This document shows positions 21,811-29,957 of a stretch of 29,957 bases of DNA, in pieces (position 1 is the first letter of the stretch; each line of letters opens with the position of its first letter). The notes under the pieces were generated by a model that worked only from the letters and a program-made list of their open reading frames with translations, did no database searches and was not told the DNA's origin. The DNA is from Chiloscyllium plagiosum (Eukaryota), in contig NC_057718.1 in assembly GCF_004010195.1 (NCBI RefSeq), positions 77,330,202-77,360,158 of the forward strand. The letters are read 5' to 3'. A program made the position numbers and the translations under genes.

Positions 21811-22018
21811 CAGTCAAGATTATAGTAGCGCTGGAAAAGCACAGCAGGTCAGGCAGCATCCGAGCAAGAAAATCAACATTTCAGGCAAAAGCCCTTCATC
21901 AGGCTTTTGACCAAAACGTCGATTTTTCTGCTCCTCGGAAGCATCCTGACCTGCTGTGCTTTTCCAGCACTACTCTAATCTTGACTCTAACCTCCGCATC
22001 TGCAATACCCACTTTCAC
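21811..22018. mobile_element. Penelope-derived non-coding hairpin element (two inverted pLTR ends) with a 17-bp TSD
   Basis: AGTCAAGATTATAGTAGCGCTGGAAAAGCACAGCAGGTCAGG (from 21812) is the inverted copy of CCTGACCTGCTGTGCTTTTCCAGCACTACTCTAATCTTGACT (to 21986). It is flanked by CTAAGTGGTAGGTCTAA (21794-21810) and CTAAATGATAGGTCTAA (22019-22035), and is homologous to the ends of the 10103..11900 element. Confidence 0.85.
21871..21903 (-). ncRNA. Minimal hammerhead ribozyme motif (stem III altered) at the centre of the hairpin element
   Basis: Minus strand reads c CUGAUGA A GGGC-UUUU-GCCU GAAA UGUU gauu. Confidence 0.6.
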
Positions 22019-22486
22019 CTAAATGATAGGTCTAAGTATATTAGTTTGTGAGATTATTTTGAGGTTTAATTTGTTTTAGATATCAACAGTTGTTGTATAG
22101 TCATATGGCTCTTGTAGCTAAAGGACATTATCTCCAAAATATCTGATTCAGATGTATCAATTCAGACATTTAGGGTAATAGTTAACTACAAGGAGGTGAC
22201 ACTATATGTTCTAAGCAAATGCATTATTTGTTTATTGTTACACCATCATCTTGGTACAGATCTTTGGAACTGGTAAACAAAAAGAGGTAAGCTGTTATAA
22301 AATGGACAATTACCTAAAATGATTTGCATGTAAAAGAATGATAGGAGGAAGACAATTACTGTTTTTAAAGAAATCAATCAAGAATTAGGCTTGGTCTACC
22401 TAGCAAATCCAAAATTGACCATAAACTGTTCATGTACAAATAAGCTATTATAGCTCAAGATACCTCTGTTCATCTACAGAATTGGA

Positions 22487-22826
22487 ATTAGAATCCCAAC
22501 AGTGTGGATTTTGGCCATTTGGCCCAACAAGTCCATATTGACCCTACGAAGAGTATCCTACCCAGGCCCATTCCCCTACATCTATCAATCTACATTTACC
22601 CTAACTAATGCATCTAGCCTACACATCTCTGAACACTATAGGCAATTTAGCATGGCCAATTCACCTGACCTGCACATCTTTGGACTGTTGGGGGAAACCC
22701 ATGCAGACACGGGAAGAATCCTGGGGAGAATGTGCAAATTCCACACTGACAGTTGCCTGAGGTTGGAATCAAACCTGGGTCCCTGGCACTGTGCGGCAGC
22801 AGTGCTAACCACTGAGCCACCGTGCC
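22487..22826 (-). mobile_element. HE1-type V-SINE (same long pre-tail variant as the copy at 1..720)
   Basis: Head, V-domain with a small deletion and duplication (GGGAAGAATCCTGGGGAGAATG), and tail. Confidence 0.88.
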
Positions 22827-22897
22827 ACAGGGCATTGTAGCTAGTAAGGGTTAATAAGGCCTGAGTTTAAATGATGCAAGAATCAGATCAAAGATAA

Positions 22898-23560
22898 ACA
22901 TAAGAACAAGGAACATAGCAGGAAATTCAGCCCCTCGAGCCTGCACTACCATTTGAAATGATCATGGCTGATCTCATCTTGGTCACTCTCTACAGACCTT
23001 CAACCCATTACTATTTAAAGATCTGTCTATCTCCTCCCCACATTTACTCAATGTCCCAGCATCCACCGCACTATAGAGTAGTGAATTCTGCACATTCACG
23101 ACTTTGACAGAATTAATTTCTCTTTATCTGGTTTAAATCTGTTACCCCTTAAACTAAAACTATGACTTCTTGTTCTAGGTTGCCCCAGATGAGGAAACAT
23201 CTTTTCTACATCTATTTTGTAGAATGCCCTCTAGCATCTTGTAGACCTCAATTAGATCTCCTCTCATTCTTATAAACTGCAAAGAGTATAGCCCTAAACT
23301 GCTTAATCTCTCTTCAGAAGACAAAATCATCTCTGGAATCAATCTAGTGAACCTCGTCTGAACTGCCTCCGGTATAACTACATCCCTTAAGTAAGGTGAC
23401 CAAAATTGTATGCAATACTTCAGAGGCAGAGGCAGTCTCACTAATGCCTTACACTAGTGCAGCAACACTTCCCTAATTTTATATTCTATCCTTGAGCAAT
23501 AAATGCCAAAATGCCATTTTCCTTCCTGATTACCTGCTGTACCTTCATATGTGTTTCTGT
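22898..23560 (-). mobile_element. CR1-clade LINE 3' fragment
   Basis: ORF 23175..23441 reads YCIQFWSPYLRDV...EAVQTRFTRLIP...RMRGDLIEVYKML. The 3' tail appears as ACATAAGAAC-type repeats on the + strand. Confidence 0.85.
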
Positions 23561-23669
23561 GGGAAATTAGGAATTAGCAACAAAGACTGGCCTGGTCACA
23601 GATCGTCACATCCCACAAATGACAAAGAAATATTCAAGATGGACATGACTCCAGTTGTCAACAAAAACA

Positions 23670-24345
23670 TTACATACAGCCTCCCATCCTTACCACCACT
23701 AGCCCATCTTGCCATGATCACCTTCCCATTGCTAACATACATTACCTTCCCTCACTTCTTGCACCCACCCAAAGCTGCTACACACTCCTTGTCCCTTTGC
23801 CTCCACACACTCCCTCATTCCCTCACTACCACACACTCCTTCCCTTTGACCCTACATACAGCCCCTCCCCTCTCCATCTCAACTCCCCTTGGTGTGCCCA
23901 CTTGCACCACCTTCCTTCAGCCCCCAATACACCCTTTCTTTTACCATGTTCCCCATGCAGCCCTCCTTCTGCATCACAGCCTCTCCCCTCTACTCCACCC
24001 ATGCCACTACCGTGCATTGCCACAGTGAAAAGCTCAACCTCACCCTTGGCTCCACTATTCTCTTCTCAACTCCTAAAGCTCCCATCTCCCCTTGCTGCCA
24101 TATACTCTCTCATCCCTTTCCCTGCGTACCCCCCTCCCTCACCTCCACCTCTCATGCCGGCATATTCATCCACTTTCCCTTCCCTCCCCTTGGTCCCTCC
24201 TCTTACCTGCGTCCCCTCACTCCCCGCGGCCCCTTCCGAATGTCCTCTCGCCCCTCACTCTCTACCTCATTGCCCTTCCTCTCCTCATTTTCTTTCCCTC
24301 GAGACTGCCCACACTCCAACCCTCTCCTCTCGAAGCTCCCCTGAC
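23670..24345. repeat. C/T-rich low-complexity tract (G/A-rich on the TTLL2 sense strand) at the start of the putative intron 1
   Basis: Strong C over G skew on the + strand, with many CCC-CCCCC runs. Confidence 0.8.
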
Positions 24346-24355
24346 TGACACTCAC

Positions 24356-24450
24356 CTCCTATTCCCGGTTCCTCTACTGCCGGTGCTGGCTGTCGATAAC
24401 TCGACCGCTCGATTCTAAACCGTCTTCAAGGTCGCTAGGCAACAGCACGC
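24356..24450 (-). other. TTLL2: Putative non-coding first exon of TTLL2 (TSS position uncertain)
   Basis: Consensus donor GAG|GTGAGT at 24355..24350, local CpG enrichment and adjacency to the promoter motif cluster. It is on the same strand as the coding exon, whose acceptor needs an upstream donor. Confidence 0.6.
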
Positions 24451-24570
24451 ATCCATGATCATCACAGTAGCCTCTGCGTCACTTCCTGCGTTCCGGCCTG
24501 TGGAGGGAGCGTTCACTCGGGGTCAAAGATCACGGAGAGGATCCAACTTGGAGTTGCCTGGGCAACCAGT
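24425..24570. promoter_or_regulatory. CpG-containing promoter with two RFX X-boxes, ETS sites, a CRE half-site and a DR1 element
   Basis: GTCGCTAGGCAAC 24431-24443, GTTGCCTGGGCAAC 24553-24566, TGCGTCA 24475-24481 overlapping ACTTCCTG 24481-24488, TTCCGG 24491-24496, and GGGTCA-A-AGATCA 24520-24532. Confidence 0.75.
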
Positions 24571-24854
24571 CTCAGTCTTATTGTCTATCCATTAACACGT
24601 GGGCTAGGATTTCCAACTAGGAAGCGATCATTTTAAAAACTGAAGTTTTTTTTTATTTCAAAAATATACTTTATTCATAAATACTTTGATCTATACAACT
24701 GGACATGTCATACATATGTACACATTCCATTTCTTTGCATATCGAAACAGAGTAATCATTCTTATTTACAGGTTGGTGCGATTACATTAAGCTGAGGCGC
24801 CAGCAGAGCCCAAATGACTGCGTGGGCCCTCTGTTCTTCTTAGGCAGGCAGATG

Positions 24855-27800
24855 TTACACGGTGGTCTTTCCCCACCGCGCCTTGGCGGCAGCTGCCCCA
24901 AGCTTCAGTGCATCCCTCAACACGTAGTTCTGGACCTTGGAATGTGCCAGTCTGCAACACTCAGTTGGGGTCAACTCCTTCAGCTGGAAGATCAACAGGT
25001 TTCGGACCACCCAGAGAGCGTCCTTCACCGAGTTGATGATCCTCCAGGCACAGTTGATGTTCGTCTCGGTGTGCATCCCGGGGAACAGACCGTAGAGCAC
25101 GGAGTCCCGCATCACGGCGCTGCTCGGGATGAACCTCGATAATCACCACTGCATTCCTCTCCAGACTTCCTCTGCATAGGCACATTCCAGAAGGAGGTGT
25201 GTGACAGTCTCGTCCCCCCCGCAGCCGCTTCGAGGGCAGCGTGCGGTGCGGCTGAGAGTCCGGGCGTGCATAAAGGATCTCACAGGCAGAGCCCTTCTCA
25301 CCACCAGCCAAGCCATGTCTTGGTGCTTGTGGAAAGTTCTGGCGATGAGGCATTCTGCCAAATGGCTTTGACAGTCTGCTCAGGAAACCGCTTGACAGGA
25401 TCCGCCCTCTCCTTTTCCCGAAGGGTCTCAAGGACACTATGTGCTGACCACTTCCTGATGGACTTGTGGTCAAAGGTGTTTTTCTTCATAAACTTCTCCA
25501 CGAAGGACAGGTGAAACGGAACGGTCCAACTACTCGGAGCGTTCCGCGGCAGCGAGGCCAGGCCCATCCTTCGCAACACCGGGGACAGGTAGAACCTCAG
25601 TACGTAGTGACACTTGGTGTTTACGTACCGGGGATCCACACACAGCTTGATGCAGCCACACACAAAGGTGGCCATCAGGGTGAGGGTGGCATTGGGCATG
25701 TTTTTTTCCCCCACTGCACCGGTCTTTGTACATTATGTCTCTTCGGACCCGGTCCATCTTTAATCTCCACATGAAGTGGAAGATGGCCTGGGTGACTGCG
25801 GCAGCACAGGTTCTGGGGATAGGCCAGACCTGTGCCACGTATAACAATACTGAGAGTACCTCACACCTGATGACCAGGTTTTTACCCGCGATGGAGAGTG
25901 ACCGTTGTTCCCATCTGCCTAGTTTCTGTCTCACCTTCCTGATCCGCTCCTCCCAGGTCTTGGCGCACACCCCAGCCCCCCCCCGAACCAAATACCCAGC
26001 ACCTTCAGGTGGTCAGTCCTGACGGTGAAGGGGATAGAGGATTGCTCGGCCCAGTTCCCGAAGAGCATGGCTTCGCTCTTGCCTCGGTTTACCTTGGCCT
26101 CCGAGGCACATTCGAACTGGTCACAGATGCACACGAGTTTGTGCACGGACAGCGGATCCGAGCAGAAAACGGCGACATAATCCATGTACAGGGAGGCCTT
26201 AACATGCAGGCCCCCGCTGCCAGGAATAGTCACCCTTCTCAGGCTCGCATCCTTCCTGATGGACTCGGCAAATGGTTCTATACAGCACACAAACAAGGCA
26301 GGAGAGAGAGGGCAGCCCTGCCTGACTCCAGATCTGACTGGGAAGTAATCTGATTCCCACCCATTGATTGAGACTGCACTGACAATGTTGGTGTAGAGCA
26401 GTCTGATCCAATTAGCGATTCCCTCCCCGAAGCCCTTTTTGGAGAGGACATCCCTCATATATGTATGCGATATCAGTCAAAAGCTTTCTCCTGGTCCAGG
26501 CTGATGAGGCAGGTGTCCACCCCCCTGTCCTGCACTAGGCAATCGTATCTCTGAGGAGTGCGAGACTCTCAGCGATCTTCCTGCCCGGTACAGCACAGGT
26601 TTGGTCAGGGTGAATCACCGATCCCAGAGCAGACCTGACCCGGTTGGCGATGACCTTTGACAAGATTATGTAGTCTGTGTATAACAGTGAGATCGGTCTC
26701 CAATTTCTAATTTCCTCCTTCTCCCCCTTCTGCTTGTAGATGAGGGTGATGATGCCTTTCCTCATGGATTCACTCATGGTACCTGCCCGAAGCATACTGA
26801 CATACACCTCCAGCTGGTCCTGGCCAATCAAGTCCCAAAGACCGGAATAGATCTCGACCGGTAAGCCGTCGCTCCCGGGAGTTTTATTCTTTTCGAAGGA
26901 CTCGAGGGCCTTGGTCAGCTCATCCAGAGATAGCGGCTCGTCCAGCCTCTCTCATGTTCCGTCGTCTAGGACCTCCGTGATAGAGGACAGGAACAACTGG
27001 GAGGCCGCGCTGTCGGTTGGCTTCGAGTCATACAAACTGGCATAGAAGGATTTACTGATCCTCATGATGTCAGCCTTAGATGACGTTATCGAGCCATCTT
27101 CTTCCTTCAGGCTGCTGAGCACGGAGCTCTCTTTGTGCACCTTCTGGAAGAAGAAACGTGAGCACTTCTCGTCCTGCTCCACTGAGCGGACTCTGGACCG
27201 GAAGATTATCTTGGAGGCCTCTGAGGCAAAGAGCGAGGCTTGCTGGCCCTTCACCTGGAGGTCCTCCGTGACATCGACCCCCAACGTCTGCAGCAGGAGC
27301 AGGTTCTGCATACTTTCCTGGAGTTGGGACAGTTTTCCCCGCCTCTCTCGCTTCCTGAACACCTTTGAGGATGAAGAACCTCTTGATGTTCCCTTTTATT
27401 GTTTCCCACCAGTCCGCTAGGTGACAGTCGGCCAGCAGGAGGCAGTGGTCAGAGAAGAACACCGGCTTGACGTCGGTGGATCTGACCGAGAGCGTTCGGG
27501 ACACAAACAGGTAATCTATCCTTGAGCGGATAGACCCGTCTGCCCGTGACCAGGTGTATCTACGCTGCGCTCCGTCTGCAGGGGTGCTGAAGACATCATG
27601 CAGCTTGGCATCTTTGACCGTGTCCATCAGGGCTGTGGACGTGGCGTCCAGTTTACTGTCCCCCCCGCCGGATCGTCCATCTGCATCAATGATACAGTTG
27701 AAGTCTCCGGCCAGAATGACCGGCCTGGACGTAGCCAGCAACAGTGGAAGTTGTTGCAGGACGGCCAACCGTTCACTCTTACTCGCTGGGGCGTACATGT

Positions 27801-28118
27801 TGATTAGTCTCATGGGAGCGTTTCTGTATGTAACATCAGCGACGAGGAGGCGCCCACCTACCACCTTCTTAACCTCGGAGATGGTGAAGTTGCCTCCTCG
27901 CAACAGAATACCCAGGCCTGAGGAGCGGTTATCGTTGCCCCCCGACCACCCATGGGCCCACAAGCTCGACCATCTCCTGTATCTGCTGAGGTGCAGTATC
28001 CCACACTCCTGCAGAAACAGGACATCGGCTTTCACGTTGGCCAAGAAGGCCAGTGTTGAAACACATCGCGAGCAGATTTTATGCTGCGCACATTAATAGT
28101 TGCAATTTTTAACCCCAT
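24855..28118 (-). pseudogene. Tx1 ORF2 (APE endonuclease, reverse transcriptase, zinc finger), multiply frameshifted
   Basis: Motifs MGLKIATINVR, LQE, AGDFN, SRIDY, FSDH, NWRPISLL, GVRQGCPLSPALF and CPRSGCGGDETVTHLLLEC. The catalytic YMDD is mutated to YMDY. The ATG lies 4 nt after the ORF1 stop (TAA-CAAA-ATG). Confidence 0.9.
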
Positions 28119-28122
28119 TTTG

Positions 28123-29404
28123 TTAACAAGTTGTAAGGTTACCCATGTCCGATTGTCGCTGATCCTGCCCCTCTGGGGTAGCTGTCTGCATCCCCATGCA
28201 GAACACGAACTGCTGGATCCTCGCAGGGCTGAGCTAGCTGTCCAGCTCCTCACTTGGCCCATTTGCCCGCTTTGATGTCATCGGGCCGCGGCCAGGGTCC
28301 ACGTTGTCTGTCAGAGGGTCGCTGCTCCCAGTGACCTGGAGCTGTGTGGCGGTGAGGCCCTCTGCTTTCACCTGGTGGGGGATGGTAGTTTCCCATTTCC
28401 TCAGGAGGTTCGTCCCTTGGTTGGCAGTTGCTGCTCTCCTTTCTCCTCGCAGCGCTCTGCCTCTTCTTTTGGTGACGACTCTCCTTACGCCCGTCCTCAC
28501 CCTCCGAAGAGCTGTCCATGTCTTCCCCATGCAGCTGCCTTTCCCCCTTTTTCTGGTAGGTCTTGGTGGCCGGGTGGGTTTTCCTCCTCTTGTTTTGCAC
28601 CACGGTCCATTCCTCTGCCTCCTTCTTTCCGTTCTCCACTTCCTCCTCCTCCGCCTGTCCTGTCGGAGCTTCGCTCGGCAGCTGTCCCTCTCCGGTAGCT
28701 GTCATCTGCTCTGCTCCGGCCTGTCCTTCATTTTGCGTGCCCCCAGACACCATTCCCTTGCCTGTTTGTGGTGCCTTGCCATCCTTTAGTGGCCCACCTC
28801 CGGCCATCTGCGCGTAGGTGGCGGCCCCTCGTCTTGGGCAGGCCCTGTACACGTGGCCCGCCTCCCCACACAGATTGCAGTTCTTTTCCTCCTTGCATTC
28901 TTTGGTCGGGTGGCCCTCCTTCTTGCAGTTCCGACAGATCGTGACCTTGCAGTCCGCCGCCATGTGGCCTGACCTCCCACAGGTTCGGCACACTTTCAGC
29001 TGCCCTGCATAAGTCATGTACCTTTTGCTCCCTCCGATAGCAATGCTGGAGGGTGGGTGGAGGATATTCCCGCTGGCATCAACCCTCAGGGTTACCTTGA
29101 CCTGTCGTTTGCTGGTCCAGATCCCGAAAGGGTCAACCACATCGGTGCTTTGTCCCTCAACCTGCACATATCTTCCCAGGAACGTCAGGACATCGGTTGC
29201 TGGCACGTAGGGGTTGTACATGTGGACCGTAACAACCCGACTCCTCTGTGCAGGAAGCACACACAAGGGGACCGCCGACAAGATGGAGAACAGCAGCTCC
29301 CCTTCCTTTTCCTTGAAGACCTTCAGGAGCTGCTCGCATTGCTTCACGCTCCTGAACGTGACGTCAAAGTAGCCTGCCCCAGGGAAATCCTGCAGGCAGT
29401 ACAC
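28123..29404 (-). pseudogene. Tx1 ORF1 (gag-like RNA-binding protein with three CCHC zinc knuckles), with a frameshift near 28355 and a premature TAG at 28236..28234
   Basis: CRTCGRSGHMAADC, CRNCKKEGHPTKEC and CNLCGEAGHVYRAC follow an RRM-like region (FDVTF...GIWTSKRQV). The reconstructed C-terminus is ...ELDS*LSPARIQQFV...NLTTC*. Confidence 0.88.
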
Positions 29405-29957
29405 TTTGTTTTTATTTCAAAATATACTTTATTCATAGAAATAAATCTTTGGTACTTGTACAATTTGTCATGTCGTTCATAGGTATATACATTGCATGTC
29501 TTAACATTACAAAGAACAGATTGAATTACTCGAATTTACAGTTATCCTATTTACAGTTCCCTTTATTAACCATCCAGTCTCTTATTATTTAGCTGTGGCT
29601 TCAGCAGAACCCACCTACTGAGTGGGTGCCCTGTTATACTATAGCAAATGAACCTTTTTTAATTCCAGTTTATGGGGTTACCGTTGTCCATTTGACTGTC
29701 CTGTCTCTGGGGAAGCTATCTGCATCAGCATGGTGAGCACGAACTGCTGGACCCTCGCTGGGCTGAGGTAGCTATCCAGGCTCTCACTGTGGTCATTTAC
29801 CTGCTCTGGAGTCATTGAGCCAAGGCAAGGGTCCGCACCGTCCAGTTCTGTGTCTGACAATGGGACTGTCAGAGGATCGCAGCTCTCAGTTGTCTGAGTT
29901 TTGGGGCAGTGGGTACCCCTTGGGTCTCACTGGGTGGAGGGTGGACTTCAGGGGGTC
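29405..29957 (-). mobile_element. 3' end of a related Tx1-type element in which ORF1 is followed directly by the 3' UTR and A-tail (candidate ORF1-only, HAL1-like); runs off the window
   Basis: The frame ending at 29678 (HPPPSETQG...DPLT...SLDSYLSPARVQQFVLTMLMQIASPE) is homologous to the ORF1 C-terminus at 28123-28390. Bases 29405..29677 are homologous to the Tx1 3' UTR at 24646-24854, with AATAAA at 29433..29428. Confidence 0.75.

Larger units (their letters stand above)
24646..29404 (-). mobile_element. Tx1/L1-clade non-LTR retrotransposon, near full length, inactivated; 5' end missing or interrupted at 29404
   Basis: ORF1 (three CCHC knuckles), ORF2 (APE endonuclease, RT, C-terminal zinc finger), a ~200-nt 3' UTR, AATAAA at 24675..24670 and an A9 tail at 24654..24646. 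Confidence 0.93.

Noticed and set aside
23492..24418. Overlapping Pro/Ser/Leu/His-rich ORFs of 108-183 aa
   Set aside because: They are open in several frames only because C/T-rich low-complexity DNA lacks stop codons. There is no recognisable domain.
28250..29404. 384-aa zinc-knuckle ORF as a host gene (ZCCHC3-like)
   Set aside because: It lies directly upstream of an APE-RT ORF2 in LINE architecture, has no true start (it is cut at 29404), and carries a frameshift and premature stop. It is Tx1 ORF1.
24822..29482. Numerous plus-strand ORFs of 60-180 aa
   Set aside because: They are antisense shadows of the GC-rich Tx1 coding sequence.

Overview
Eukaryotic, repeat-dense DNA, very probably from an elasmobranch (shark), judged from six HE1-type V-SINEs, a SacSINE1-like DeuSINE and many CR1 fragments. 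The one intact host gene is a minus-strand tubulin polyglutamylase, TTLL2. Its 644-aa CDS (3837..5771) sits in a single exon with a splice acceptor at 5795-5796. A probable non-coding first exon and promoter lie about 18.5 kb upstream (~24356..24570), with two RFX X-boxes, ETS sites and a DR1 element. The intervening intron holds nested mobile elements: CR1 LINEs, two probable solo LTRs, two clades of Penelope-like elements carrying four minimal hammerhead-ribozyme motifs, and a 208-bp Penelope-derived hairpin element with a 17-bp target-site duplication (TSD). Downstream of the gene are decayed Harbinger and pogo transposase relics. About 80 bp upstream of the distal X-box is a near full-length but dead Tx1/L1-clade LINE. 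It abuts a diverged relative in which the ORF1 C-terminus runs straight into the 3' UTR and A-tail with no ORF2, a candidate ORF1-only (HAL1-like) non-autonomous family. All calls were made by eye without database searches, and many boundaries are approximate.
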